Assembly: GCA_038227875.1 (NCBI GenBank)
Contig: JBBRPR010000003.1
Span: 197,028 to 261,027 of the forward strand
DNA from: Planctomycetota bacterium
GTDB taxonomy: Bacteria > Planctomycetota > SZUA-567 > H5-PLA8
Length of the DNA stretch: 64,000 nt
Direction: 5' to 3'
The notes under the pieces were generated by a model. The model was given only the letters and a program-made list of their open reading frames with translations, did not search any database and was not told the DNA's origin. Position numbers and translations under genes: made by a program. Below are positions 49,296-59,756 of the stretch, piece by piece (within the stretch, counting starts at the first letter, position 1; each line of letters begins with the position of its first letter).

Positions 49296-49724
49296 ATGCC
49301 CGTTAAGAATTCTGAAGTGATCCCCGTCTGGTTCGAACGCGTCTGGAATAAGGGCGAAGAGGCTGCCATCGACGAGATGCTCGCGCCCGACGCCGTCATT
49401 CACGGACTGGAACTGCCCGCCGGCAGCGCCAAGACCGGGCCCGGCGCCTTCAAGCCTTTCTGGCGTCAGTTCCGCAGCGCGTTTCCGGACATTCGCATCG
49501 AGGTTCTCGATTGCGTCACCGAAGGCGGTCGCAGCGTCGGTCATTGCCGCGTCACCGGCACACACATCGGGGCCGAATTCAACGGGCTGGCCGCCAGCCG
49601 CAAGAAAATCGAATTCACCGGCATGGCCCTCGCCCGCGTCGGCAACGGCCAGATCCTCGAGGGCTGGAACTCGTTCGATTTTCTCGGGATGTTCGGGCAG
49701 CTGGGCCTCGTGAAGAAGGCGTGA
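49296..49724 (+). CDS. SnoaL-like ester cyclase family protein
   Basis: VWNKG, AFPDI, GTHIG..F.G and DFLGMFGQLG motifs. Confidence 0.9.
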   Translation: MPVKNSEVIPVWFERVWNKGEEAAIDEMLAPDAVIHGLELPAGSAKTGPGAFKPFWRQFRSAFPDIRIEVLDCVTEGGRSVGHCRVTGTHIGAEFNGLAASRKKIEFTGMALARVGNGQILEGWNSFDFLGMFGQLGLVKKA

Positions 49725-49751
49725 CGGCGGCGCGCATCGATTCCCGGAACA

Positions 49752-52700
49752 TCACGGAATAACATCCGGATCATCCTTGAACCCCATCTCCACGCGCTTG
49801 GCCTGAATCTTCGCGCGGCGGCTCAACTCGGTCTCGAGACACGAATGGAGACTCTCCAGCATCGTCTTGTTGCGTAGGACGTTTTTATCGGTGAACTGCA
49901 GCGTGCGGGCGGTGCTGTCGCGCAGCACGATCAGGATGTCGCGGCGCGCTTTCACCAGCGCTTGAATGAACGGGTCGGGTGGAGTGACTTCAACCGGGTG
50001 CAGAGCCGGATTGGCGATGCGCTGCGACATCTGCAGCAGCAACACGACGCCGTGCGGATCCAGGCGCAGGGACGTCACGAACGATTCCGCCGCGCCCGGA
50101 ATGTCTTTGGATAAAAATTGCGCCGCGCCGAGGAACGCGCAGGTGTCGGAACGGATTTCGTCGGGGAGATCCCAGTCCACGCCCAGCGTGTGGCGTTCGC
50201 GGATCTGGTTGGCCAGCGACAGGTAGCGCAGCGCTTCGGCGTTGTCGCCGGTTTCAAACGACGCCACGCCGTATGGGTAGTACAGCTGCTCGGCCCAGTT
50301 GTGCAGCGCCAGCGACTTCCGCAGCATCGGGATCGCCTGGTAGTAGCGCCCGAGATCATGCTCGTACTGCGCGTACGCCAGCGCGAGATCGGGGTCATGG
50401 GTCGTGCGTTCCAGGCCCTTGGTGAAAATGTCTTCGATGCGATTGAGCAGCGCGTAGTCGGGAGTCTGGCCGGCCTTCATTGTATTCAGGTAGCGCAGCA
50501 GATGCATGTTGGCGAGATTGATGTAGGACAGATGGAAGCACTTGATCTCGACCGCTTCGTCCTGCCGGAAGAGATTGTTCTCGACTTTATATTCGCCGAC
50601 GCGGATGGCGTTGGTGAAGCAGAGATCGCCTTCGTCGTACATTTTCCGCGCGGCGTAGGTGACGCCGAGATTGTAGAGCACGCGGATTTTTTCCTTCGAG
50701 CCTTCATGCGCCGATTGCCAGAGGCGCAGGGGATCGGACCATTCCTGGTTGCGCAGAATCGTGAAGGACGTCAGCGGCCCGGCGATGCAGCAGGCCAGCG
50801 TCGCCGCCCAGAGTCCGGCTTCATGCAGTTGAGGCATCACGACGGATGCGCCGAGCTTGCGGAAACGCGGCATCATTCCGCCCGTCACGATTGCGATCAC
50901 CCACGCGATGTAGCAGGCGCCGCCGGCGGCCGCGAGGTAGAAGTTGCGTTCGCTGATGATGTCGCCGCGTTCGATCACGGTGTTCGATGGCGCGATGGTC
51001 AGCAGCGCCAGCAGCACGCCGAACGACGCCAGCCAGCGGCGCCAGATGCCGATCAGACCGAAAAGCGTCAGCGCGCCGAGGATCAGCGCGCCATGCAACA
51101 CGCGCGGATCGTGCGGGTCGGAGATGCTGGGCGGATCGTGGTCGATGTTCAGGCCCGATGGATAAATCGTGCGCAGCAGCATGCGCGGCACCGCGTTGGC
51201 CTGCGAACAGAGGCTGCGGATGTAGTTGCTGTGCTCCTGTCCCGCCAGCGCGCCGAGCGTGCGTTCGTAGGCATACGGAAAGGCCGCGAACGAAGCGATG
51301 CCCAGACCGGCGACGCAGATCAGCAGCGCCCAACCGACGTTTACACGCCGCTGCAAAAGCGCGCGCATTCCGTTGCGGGCGGTGGCCGATGCGCTGCCCA
51401 GGATTCCGCCCGCGGCGACGAGCAGAATCGCCGCTTGAGCCGCGGGTGCGAGGTAACCATCGCGCCGCCCGGCTGCGCCCAGAGCCAGCAGGCCCAGCGA
51501 GGCCACGAGTCCCGCCAGCAGCCCCGCCGAAACGCTGCGGTGGATCGTGCCGCGGAAGAAGAAGAGATAGACCAGCACGACCGCGCCGGGAAACGTGAGG
51601 TGATTTTCCTTGGTGATCACCGCGCAGCCGCCGAAGCCGAGCATCGCGACCATCGGCCAGAACCAGCCGGGCCAGAGCGATTTTGCGGCGCTGGCCGCCG
51701 CGCCGAGCCGCTCAAAGAAAATCGCCGCCGCGTAAAGACCGAGCAGATAAAACATGCCGCCTTGCCCGTTGTCGCGGCCAGAGATGTACGTCACCGATTC
51801 GGTGCAGAGCGGATGGGCGGCGAAGATCGCTCCGGCCGCAAACGCCGCGAGATCATAGGGCGTGCCGCGGCCTTCCTTGCCGGGCGGAACGTAGCCCGCC
51901 GCACGCAGGCCGCGCCGCAGCAGGCCCATCAAGGCCAGCGCCGCGATGAAATGGCAGCCGATGTTCCACAAGCGGAAGACGCGCACGTCCGGATTTTCGA
52001 TCTGATGATTGCCGAAAAGTTCGCTGAGCTGGTAACAGATCGCGTTGGAGAGCCACCAGAGCTTGCGGTGCGCGAGCACCGTGATGCCCGCCAGCGCCTT
52101 GAACGAACGGATCGTCGGGTTGTGTTGAATGTATTCCGGATCGTCAAAATGGTACGGCGCATTGAGCGCGCCGATGTAACCGGCCGTGATCGACAGCACA
52201 ATCAGCGCGACCTGGATCGCCCGCGAACCCCACCACGGCCGCCCCGGATCAGCGCGCAGCGAGGCCCACAGCACCGACGTCGCAAACCGCGCGTTGGCCC
52301 AGCCGATGCGCTTCCACAGCCGCCTGGGTTCCTGGACCGTGCGGTAAAGCCATTCCATGCCGGCGGCCTGCACGAACTGCGGCGCGCGGTGCGCGATGCC
52401 GGCGAGGACATCGGCGTAACCGCCGGCCGCGAGACCGACCACGCCCGCCTGTTTGCAGCAGCGGTTTAGGAATACTTCCTTGTCCGGCGACGGCCGCGCG
52501 ACAATCAGCAAGTGAAACTGTTCGTCACGAAGTTTCGCGATCACCGCGTCTTCTTCCGCGACGCCCTGACTGTAGCCGTGCTGACCCGCCACGGTCGGAA
52601 TCTGCGGATAGTGCGCGCGAACATTGGCGCACGCCTGCGCATTTACCTCGTCAGTCGCGCCGTAGATGAAGACTTTCCAGCCGTGCTGATTGGCGCGTGC

Positions 52701-53051
52701 GAGGAGTTGCTCGCAGAGATCCGGAATCGCCAGCCGTTCACCGCAGGGCACGCCGAGCATCCGTGCGCCCCACGAAAAACCTTTGCCGTCGGGGATGAGC
52801 AGATCGGCCTGCAAAAACGCGTCGCGCAAGTTCGCATCATCGGCCATCGCCGTGGCGTACGGCGCGGAGATGCCGACGACCGAACAGCCGCGCCGTTCCT
52901 GAATGCAAGTCGTGAGGTACGTGAGAATCTCGTCGGGCGATGCGATGTCGACGGCCGCGCGCAGGACTTCACGGCGCGGAAATGGGCGCGTGCTTGCGGC
53001 GTCCGGAGTCACCGGAGTGCCGGGGGTGATCGCATCGACGGCGTTAGTCAC
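49752..53051 (-). CDS. WecB/TagA/CpsF glycosyltransferase fused to a TMTC-like multi-TM GT-C and TPR region
   Basis: N-terminal LIPDG, GQHGY and GMEWLYR..QEPRRLW.R; then FDD...I..NP, HPL.TESV.YISGR, KE, ERNFYL, RN.EW and TPRs. Confidence 0.82.
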   Translation of the reverse strand: MTNAVDAITPGTPVTPDAASTRPFPRREVLRAAVDIASPDEILTYLTTCIQERRGCSVVGISAPYATAMADDANLRDAFLQADLLIPDGKGFSWGARMLGVPCGERLAIPDLCEQLLARANQHGWKVFIYGATDEVNAQACANVRAHYPQIPTVAGQHGYSQGVAEEDAVIAKLRDEQFHLLIVARPSPDKEVFLNRCCKQAGVVGLAAGGYADVLAGIAHRAPQFVQAAGMEWLYRTVQEPRRLWKRIGWANARFATSVLWASLRADPGRPWWGSRAIQVALIVLSITAGYIGALNAPYHFDDPEYIQHNPTIRSFKALAGITVLAHRKLWWLSNAICYQLSELFGNHQIENPDVRVFRLWNIGCHFIAALALMGLLRRGLRAAGYVPPGKEGRGTPYDLAAFAAGAIFAAHPLCTESVTYISGRDNGQGGMFYLLGLYAAAIFFERLGAAASAAKSLWPGWFWPMVAMLGFGGCAVITKENHLTFPGAVVLVYLFFFRGTIHRSVSAGLLAGLVASLGLLALGAAGRRDGYLAPAAQAAILLVAAGGILGSASATARNGMRALLQRRVNVGWALLICVAGLGIASFAAFPYAYERTLGALAGQEHSNYIRSLCSQANAVPRMLLRTIYPSGLNIDHDPPSISDPHDPRVLHGALILGALTLFGLIGIWRRWLASFGVLLALLTIAPSNTVIERGDIISERNFYLAAAGGACYIAWVIAIVTGGMMPRFRKLGASVVMPQLHEAGLWAATLACCIAGPLTSFTILRNQEWSDPLRLWQSAHEGSKEKIRVLYNLGVTYAARKMYDEGDLCFTNAIRVGEYKVENNLFRQDEAVEIKCFHLSYINLANMHLLRYLNTMKAGQTPDYALLNRIEDIFTKGLERTTHDPDLALAYAQYEHDLGRYYQAIPMLRKSLALHNWAEQLYYPYGVASFETGDNAEALRYLSLANQIRERHTLGVDWDLPDEIRSDTCAFLGAAQFLSKDIPGAAESFVTSLRLDPHGVVLLLQMSQRIANPALHPVEVTPPDPFIQALVKARRDILIVLRDSTARTLQFTDKNVLRNKTMLESLHSCLETELSRRAKIQAKRVEMGFKDDPDVIP

Positions 53052-53209
53052 GGAGGTAAATTCGCAGAGCCATATGGAATAGGTGGCATTCGCCGTGAAA
53101 AGGTTTCACGGGGAACAGTCTAACGGATTGCGAAAGGGGAACTACGGCGGAATTGCGGGAGGGGACCATATGGACAATTGTCCATACGGTTAAAAGGAAA
53201 CACTATCGT

Positions 53210-53644
53210 TTAGTGACCCGAATGACCGACCGGCTGGAGCGTCTTTTCGCGAGCCGTCAGCCAGACGCGCTTGTTTTCCTGAGCTTCGCGCTCTTCGAGC
53301 TTCGTGGGCTTTTCCGAGTCGAGTTTCTGGCGTTCGGCCTGGAGCACGTCGGCCTTGAGGTCCTGCTGCGCGATCGATTCGGGCGTCAGCACCGTCACCT
53401 TATTGTGGTTCACCTGCAGAAACCCGCCGCGGATCGCGACGCGCTGCGTGGTGCCAGCCGCCGTGGTCAGGCGCAACACGCCCGAGCCGAGCAGCGCCAG
53501 CATGTCCGCGTGGCCAGGCATCACGCCCAATTCGCCGTCGTACGCCGGAACGACAATCGACGCCGCCTCCGTATCGAGCACCGCCTTCGCAGGCGTGATG
53601 ACCGTGAGGTGAAGTGAATGACTTGAAGTTGCAGCCGTTGCCAT
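53210..53644 (-). CDS. atpC: F0F1 ATP synthase epsilon subunit
   Basis: VITP, GELGVMPGH, GGFLQV and a C-terminal helical hairpin. Confidence 0.9.
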   Translation of the reverse strand: MATAATSSHSLHLTVITPAKAVLDTEAASIVVPAYDGELGVMPGHADMLALLGSGVLRLTTAAGTTQRVAIRGGFLQVNHNKVTVLTPESIAQQDLKADVLQAERQKLDSEKPTKLEEREAQENKRVWLTAREKTLQPVGHSGH

Positions 53645-53843
53645 GTGACGTTCCTTTTGCGAAAGATGACGATGATCAAATTAAACATCGAATCTAGGAT
53701 TACAACTGCAACAACTCATTTTCATTGAACTGCATCGCGCGACGCTACCCGAGTCATTTTGACCTTACCGCAAATTTGCGGTAGGGTCTCTCTGCTCAAA
53801 TCGTGGTGGCAAATTTGCCACCACGCCTATATTGCTCATCGCG

Positions 53844-54806
53844 ATGCCTGCACCCAGCGCACAACATGCTCCTCCCACGCTCCGCGTCCTCTGCGGCGCC
53901 ACGGCTTCGGGAAAATCCGCGGTCGGGCTTTTTCTAGCCGAACAGGAAGGCGCGGAGATTCTCTCGATCGATAGCATGAAGCTCTACCGCCATCTCTCCA
54001 TCGGCACCGCCAAGCCCGATGCGGCGACGCGGGCGCGCGTGGTTCATCACCTGATTGACGAGCGTGAACCGTCGGCGTCGTTTTCGGTCGCCGAATTTTC
54101 CAAGCGCGCGATGGAGATCATCGCCGACACGGACCAGCGGGGCGTGCCGTTGATCGGCGAAGGCGGAACGCCCCTTTATCTGAAGGCGTTGACCGAAGGA
54201 TTGTTCGACGGTCCCGGCCGCGACGTCGAGGTGCGCACCAAGCTCGAAGCGGAAGCCGACGGCGGCGGGCTCGACGCCATGTACGCGCGGCTGAAGGAAA
54301 TCGATCCGAAAGCGGCGGCAAAAATCCTGCCGACCGATCCGCGCCGCATCGTGCGGGCGCTCGAAGTTTTCGCGATCTCCGGAAAACCGATCAGCGATTT
54401 CCAATCGCAGTGGGGCACGCTGCGCACCGACATCGTGGTGAAGGTCGCCTGCCTGACGCTGCCGCGCGCCGACCTTTACGCCCGCATCGACCGGCGCATC
54501 GACGCGATGCTCGCCGCAGGCTGGGTTGACGAATGCCGGGCCCTGCAGAAACTCGATCCGCCGCTTTCGCCGGAAGCGATGCAGGCGCTCGGTTACCGCA
54601 CGCTCTTCGAGCACCTGGCCGGTCGGATGACATTGAAGGACGCACGCGATCGCATCTGCTGGGACACGCACCATTTTGCGCGCCGGCAACTCAACTGGTT
54701 CAAGCGCATGCCCTCGATTCGGCATATCGCGATTGCCGAAGGCGACGACATCGCGACAATGGCGCGGAAAGTCCGTGACGTCTGGGAAAATTGGAGCGCC
54801 AGCTAA
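53844..54806 (+). CDS. miaA: tRNA dimethylallyltransferase
   Basis: GATASGKS, DSMKLY, IGTAKP, GGTPLY, RRIVRALE and ARRQLNWF motifs. Confidence 0.96.
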   Translation: MPAPSAQHAPPTLRVLCGATASGKSAVGLFLAEQEGAEILSIDSMKLYRHLSIGTAKPDAATRARVVHHLIDEREPSASFSVAEFSKRAMEIIADTDQRGVPLIGEGGTPLYLKALTEGLFDGPGRDVEVRTKLEAEADGGGLDAMYARLKEIDPKAAAKILPTDPRRIVRALEVFAISGKPISDFQSQWGTLRTDIVVKVACLTLPRADLYARIDRRIDAMLAAGWVDECRALQKLDPPLSPEAMQALGYRTLFEHLAGRMTLKDARDRICWDTHHFARRQLNWFKRMPSIRHIAIAEGDDIATMARKVRDVWENWSAS

Positions 54807-55805
54807 ATGCCGTCGTCGTCGAAGAAAATCAAGAAGAGTACAAAATCCGAACCGCGCGTGCTGCGCCTGGGCACGCGCGCCAGCGCGCTGGCGCTGACAC
54901 AGTCGCGCGGCATCGCGAAGCTGCTTGAGAAGCGCAATCCCGGTCTGCGCGTGGAACTGATCGAGATTGCGACGACCGGCGACAAGAACCGTGTCAACGC
55001 GCTGAAAAGTTTCGGCGGCGCGGGTGTCTTCGTGAAAGAGCTGGAGTTGGCGCTGATCGAAAAGCGCGTCGACTTTGCCGTGCACAGTCTCAAAGACGTG
55101 CCGACGAAGCAGCCGCGCGGATTGATTCTCGGCGCGATCGTCGGCCGCGAAGATCCGCGCGACGTGGCGATCACGCGCGGCAATGTGAAGCTCGCCAAGC
55201 TGCCAGCGGGGAGCGTGATCGGCTCCGGCAGCGAACGCCGGCGCGCGCAATTAGTCCTGCGCTACCCGCACTTGAAGTTCGCCGACATCCGCGGCAACGT
55301 GGAGACGCGCATCCGCAAAGTCACCGAGGGCGAATACGCCGGCACGATTCTCGCGCGCGCGGGACTCAAGCGCCTGGGCTTGCTCACCTCTAAGATGGAG
55401 ACGATCCCGCTGGCCGATGTGCTTCCCGCGCCGGGGCAGGGGGCACTGGGGATTGAATGCCGGACGGGTGATGCCGTCACGCGAAAGATCCTGTCATCGA
55501 TTCACGATGCAGCCGTGGCGCTCAGCGTGAACGCCGAACGCGACCTGCTGTCGCTGCTCGGCGGCGGCTGCAATTTGCCGCTGGGCACGCTGGGCACCGT
55601 GTCCTCGAAGACGATCAAGCTGGAATCGTTCCTGGGTCTGCCGGACGGATCGCAATGGGTCGCGGTGAAGCGCGAACTTCCGCTCAAAAAAGGCCCGGCC
55701 GGAAAGTCCGCGCAAACTGTCGCGCGCCAGGTCCGAGCTGCAATGATGAAGCTCGACGGCCGCGAAATTCTCAAGCGCATCATGGACGACGCAGCCCAGC
55801 CATGA
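54807..55805 (+). CDS. hemC: Hydroxymethylbilane synthase
   Basis: GTRASALA, AVHSLKDVP, IRGNVETR, PAPGQG and GGGC motifs. Confidence 0.96.
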   Translation: MPSSSKKIKKSTKSEPRVLRLGTRASALALTQSRGIAKLLEKRNPGLRVELIEIATTGDKNRVNALKSFGGAGVFVKELELALIEKRVDFAVHSLKDVPTKQPRGLILGAIVGREDPRDVAITRGNVKLAKLPAGSVIGSGSERRRAQLVLRYPHLKFADIRGNVETRIRKVTEGEYAGTILARAGLKRLGLLTSKMETIPLADVLPAPGQGALGIECRTGDAVTRKILSSIHDAAVALSVNAERDLLSLLGGGCNLPLGTLGTVSSKTIKLESFLGLPDGSQWVAVKRELPLKKGPAGKSAQTVARQVRAAMMKLDGREILKRIMDDAAQP

Positions 55806-57229
55806 ACGCGCCCACGCACTACGACACGATCATCATCGGCGCCGGCATGTCGGGGCTCGCCGCGGGGATTCGGCTGGCGTACTACGAGAAGCGCGTCTGC
55901 ATTCTCGATCGTCACACGATGCCCGGCGGCCTGAATTCGTTCTACCGGCTCGATGGCCGCGACTTCGACGTCGGTCTCCACGCGATGACCAACTACGTCA
56001 GCAAAGACGTGCGCAGCGCGCCGCTCAACAAGCTGCTGCGCCAACTGCGCCTGAAGCACGAAGATTTTCAGCTCTGTCCGCAGCGGCAGAGCGACGTGCG
56101 CTTTCCGGGCGTCACGCTGCGCTTCACCAACGACTTCGCGGTCTTCGAAGCGGACGTCTGCGAAAAGTTCCCGCAACAGGCCGACGCGTTTCGCAAACTT
56201 GTCGCCCACATCATGGCCTTCAACGAGCTCGACCTGAACGCCAAGCCGCTCTCGGCGCGCGCGGTTCTTAAGGAATTCTTAAGCGACGCGCTGCTGACGG
56301 ACATGCTGCTCTGCCCGCTGATGTACTACGGCAGCGCCAACGTCGACGACATGGAATTCGGGCAGTTTGTGATCATGTTCAAGAGCATCTTCCGCGAAGG
56401 CTTCGCGCGTCCGCGCGTCGGCGTGCGCCAGATTGTGTCGACGCTGCTCAAAAAATACAAAGCCTGCAAAGGCGAACTGCGCATGGGCCGCGGCGTGAAG
56501 CGTCTCGTCGTCCGCAGCGACTGCGTCACTTCCGTGGAGCTCGACAGCGGCGAAGTCCTCACCGCGGATACGATTTTGTCGTCGGCCGGCAGCGCGGAGA
56601 CCGAGCGGCTCTGCTCGGATGTGACGACGCCCGCGCAGATCGCGAACGCCGACGCCAAGGCCGGGCAGATGACGTTCATGGAGTCGATCTCGGTGCTCGA
56701 CCGCCAGCCGGAAAGTTTCGGCTATTCCGGCACGATCACGTTTTTCAACAATTCAGAACGCTTCGACTACCGACCGGCCGAAGACTTCGCCGATCCGCGC
56801 AGCGGCGTGATCTGCTGCCCGAACAATTTTCTTTACGACGAGCCGCTGAAAGAGGGCATCGTGCGCGTGACGAGCATCGCCAACTACGCGAAGTGGACAT
56901 CGCTGTCGCAGGCGGAGTACCTCGCCAAAAAGCGCGAGTGGTACGAACGCTGCGTCGCGGAGGCCGTGAAGTTTGTACCGGACTTCCGTCCGTACGTGAC
57001 GTACATCGACACGTTCACGCCGCGCACGATCGAGAAGTTCACGCACCATCTCAACGGCGCGGTCTACGGTGCGCCGGGGAAGATCAAGGACGGGCGCACG
57101 CGGTTGTCGAATCTCTTCATCTGCGGCACGGACCAGGGCTTCCTGGGAATCATCGGCGCGATGTTGAGCGGCATTTCAATGGCCAATCTGCATGTGCTGC
57201 AGCGCAGCGCGAAGGGTGGGGAAGCGTAA
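55802..57229 (+). CDS. Phytoene desaturase-like FAD oxidoreductase (copy 1)
   Basis: IIGAGMSGL, FDVGLHA, FTPRT and GAVYG motifs; ATGA overlap with hemC. Confidence 0.85.
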   Translation: MNAPTHYDTIIIGAGMSGLAAGIRLAYYEKRVCILDRHTMPGGLNSFYRLDGRDFDVGLHAMTNYVSKDVRSAPLNKLLRQLRLKHEDFQLCPQRQSDVRFPGVTLRFTNDFAVFEADVCEKFPQQADAFRKLVAHIMAFNELDLNAKPLSARAVLKEFLSDALLTDMLLCPLMYYGSANVDDMEFGQFVIMFKSIFREGFARPRVGVRQIVSTLLKKYKACKGELRMGRGVKRLVVRSDCVTSVELDSGEVLTADTILSSAGSAETERLCSDVTTPAQIANADAKAGQMTFMESISVLDRQPESFGYSGTITFFNNSERFDYRPAEDFADPRSGVICCPNNFLYDEPLKEGIVRVTSIANYAKWTSLSQAEYLAKKREWYERCVAEAVKFVPDFRPYVTYIDTFTPRTIEKFTHHLNGAVYGAPGKIKDGRTRLSNLFICGTDQGFLGIIGAMLSGISMANLHVLQRSAKGGEA

Positions 57230-58185
57230 TGTTGCGGCTGACGACCGATCACGACGCGCTTTTCAAAGAGCTGCTGACGACGTATTTTTCGGAGTTCATC
57301 GCGCTTTTTTTCCCGCGCCTGTCGCGCCACCTGGAACGCAAGTCGATTGTGTTTCTGGACAAGGAGATCATCGACACCGGCGAACGGCGCGAAGCGGACC
57401 TGGTGGCGAAGGCGCGGTTCCGTGGCAAGCAGGCGTTTTTTCTGGTCCACATCGAAAACCAATCGCGCGCGGACGGACAGTTTCCAAGGCGGATGTTCCG
57501 GTACTTTTCGCGGCTGCATGAAAAGCATGGGCTGCCGGTATACCCCATCGTGATCTTTTCATACGAGCAGCCGAAGCGCCGCGAGCCGGAGAATTATCGC
57601 GTCGCGTTTCCCGATCTAAAGGTGCTCGATTTCAATTTTCGCGTCGTGCAGCTCAACCAGATGAACTGGCGGCATTTCCTGCGGCGGCACAATCCCGTCG
57701 CGAGTGCGCTGATGGCACGGATGGCGATCGCGCCTGAAGACCGGCCGAAAGTGAAGGCGGAGTGCCTGCGCTTGCTGGCCACGCTGCGGTTGAACATAAG
57801 GAAGGCGCGGCTGATTTCGCGCTTTGTCGATTCCTACCTGAATTTAAATGCGCAGGAAAACCGGGAATTTTATCAGGAGTTGGATAGAATAAATAAGAAT
57901 CGCCCGAAGAAGGAGAAGGTCATGGCCTACGTGACAAGTTGGGAACGGGAAGGAATTCGCAAGGGACGGCGTGAAGGACGGCGTGAAGGAATTAAAGATG
58001 TAGTGACCAGACAGCTTACGTTGAAGTTTGGCCCGATGGATGAGCGCATTGAAAAGCGCATTTCCCGACTCTCGCTGCAGCGGCTTAAGCGTTTGAGCGA
58101 TGCGCTGTTGAATTTGTCCTCCGTCGCGCAATTGGAATCGTGGCTGTCGGCCAAGCCCGCCGCCCTCGGGAGATCGAAATCGTAA
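57229..58185 (+). CDS. Rpn/YhgA-like PD-(D/E)xK nuclease with DUF4351-like C-terminus
   Basis: [30 protein letters not shown] repeats and LSDALL...LESWL. Confidence 0.85.
   Translation: MLRLTTDHDALFKELLTTYFSEFIALFFPRLSRHLERKSIVFLDKEIIDTGERREADLVAKARFRGKQAFFLVHIENQSRADGQFPRRMFRYFSRLHEKHGLPVYPIVIFSYEQPKRREPENYRVAFPDLKVLDFNFRVVQLNQMNWRHFLRRHNPVASALMARMAIAPEDRPKVKAECLRLLATLRLNIRKARLISRFVDSYLNLNAQENREFYQELDRINKNRPKKEKVMAYVTSWEREGIRKGRREGRREGIKDVVTRQLTLKFGPMDERIEKRISRLSLQRLKRLSDALLNLSSVAQLESWLSAKPAALGRSKS
57922..58185 (+). CDS. Putative in-frame internal small protein (RpnS-type antitoxin), 87 aa
   Basis: AAGGAG Shine-Dalgarno at 57910-57915 and in-frame ATG at 57922 ([11 protein letters not shown]...). 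Confidence 0.6.
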   Translation: MAYVTSWEREGIRKGRREGRREGIKDVVTRQLTLKFGPMDERIEKRISRLSLQRLKRLSDALLNLSSVAQLESWLSAKPAALGRSKS

Positions 58186-59612
58186 TGGCCCGGGATTGGT
58201 TGCGCGACCTGCGTTCGGAGTACGACGTCATCGTGATCGGCAGCGGGCTGGCGGGGCTAACGTCCGCCAACACGCTCGCGAAAATCGGGCATTCCGTGCT
58301 GCTGCTGGAGCAGTACGCCAACTTCGGCGGCATGGCAACGTGGTTCACCCGCAAGGGCGGACATCTTTTCGACATCTCGCTCCACGGCTTCCCCATCGGC
58401 ATGATCAAGTCGTGCCGCAAATACTGGACGCCGGAAATCGCCAACTCGATCACGCAGCTCAAGCACATCCGCTTCGATAACCCGCAGTTCTCGCTGGAGA
58501 CGACCTTCGACATCGTCGACTTCAAGCACATCCTGAAATCCCGCTTCAACGTGCCCGATGCCACCGTCGACAGTTTTTTCACGACCGTGCGCGCGATGAA
58601 TTTCTACGACGACCAGTCGATGACCACGCGCGAACTGTTCGCCAAATTCTTCCCCGGGCGCGATGACGTCACGCGACTCTTGATGGAACCGATCGCCTAC
58701 GCCAATGGCTCGACGCTCGACGACCCCGCGATCACCTACGGCATCGTCTTCTCGAATTTCATGAGCAAGGGCGTGTACACATTCCAGGGCGGTACCAACT
58801 CGCTGCTGAAGAAGATGCGCGCGGAAATGCTGCGCAACGGCGTCCACATGCGCTCCAATGCGCCAGTGGAGAAGATTCTCGTCACCGACCGCCAGGCGCG
58901 CGGCGTGGTCGTGCAGGGCAAGACGATCAAGGCCAAGGCGATTTTAAGCAACGCGAACTTGAAGCGCACGATTCTGTCGCTCACCGGCGAAGAGAATTTC
59001 TCCAAGCCGTTCCTGGAAGAATCGCGCGCGGTGCGGCTGAACAATTCGAGCTGCCAGGTGTACATCGGTATCCGCAAAGGCGAAAAAATCGATCACGTCG
59101 GCGATCTGCTCTTCACCTCCGTGCTCCCGAACTTCGATTCCGAAGCGCTCTGCAACAAGAACGTCACCAGCCGCACGTTCTCCGTGTACTATCCGGACCT
59201 GCGACCCGGATCGGATCGCTATTCGATCGTCTCGTCGACCAATGCGAACTACAAGGACTGGGCATCGCTGACCGAAGAGCAGTATGAATTGGAAAAGAAA
59301 AAGCTGATCGACGAAACCATCGCCGCGCTGGAAAAATACATCCCCGGCGTCACCAGCAAGATCGATCATCTGGAAGCGTCGACGCCGAAAACGTTCGAGC
59401 GCTACACGCACCACCTGGAAGGCGCGTCGTTCGGGACGAAATTCGAAGGCCTGAAAGTGAGCATGAATCTCCCCAACGAAATCCAGGGTCTCTATCATGC
59501 CGGATCGGTGGGCATCATCATGTCCGGCTGGCTGGGCGCGGTGAATTACGGCGTGATCGTCTCCAACAACGTCGACAAATACGTGCGCGACCGGGCGGCG
59601 GTCAAAAGCTGA
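58185..59612 (+). CDS. Phytoene desaturase-like FAD oxidoreductase (copy 2)
   Basis: [21 protein letters not shown] and GASFG motifs; TAATG coupling with the Rpn gene. Confidence 0.85.
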   Translation: MARDWLRDLRSEYDVIVIGSGLAGLTSANTLAKIGHSVLLLEQYANFGGMATWFTRKGGHLFDISLHGFPIGMIKSCRKYWTPEIANSITQLKHIRFDNPQFSLETTFDIVDFKHILKSRFNVPDATVDSFFTTVRAMNFYDDQSMTTRELFAKFFPGRDDVTRLLMEPIAYANGSTLDDPAITYGIVFSNFMSKGVYTFQGGTNSLLKKMRAEMLRNGVHMRSNAPVEKILVTDRQARGVVVQGKTIKAKAILSNANLKRTILSLTGEENFSKPFLEESRAVRLNNSSCQVYIGIRKGEKIDHVGDLLFTSVLPNFDSEALCNKNVTSRTFSVYYPDLRPGSDRYSIVSSTNANYKDWASLTEEQYELEKKKLIDETIAALEKYIPGVTSKIDHLEASTPKTFERYTHHLEGASFGTKFEGLKVSMNLPNEIQGLYHAGSVGIIMSGWLGAVNYGVIVSNNVDKYVRDRAAVKS

Positions 59613-59756
59613 ACGTCTTTTCTCACGCAAAGCCGCTAAGACGCAAAGAACAGCAACGGATTTGATGACACTGGCGAACGTGCGTGGCTTCTCTTTGGAA
59701 ATAAGCAGTATGCAGTTCTTTGCGACTTTGCGGCTTTGCGTGAGATTTGAAGAACG

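Noticed and set aside
55802..59612. Carotenoid biosynthesis (crtI)
   Set aside because: No phytoene synthase or other crt genes in the window; the context is FAS II.
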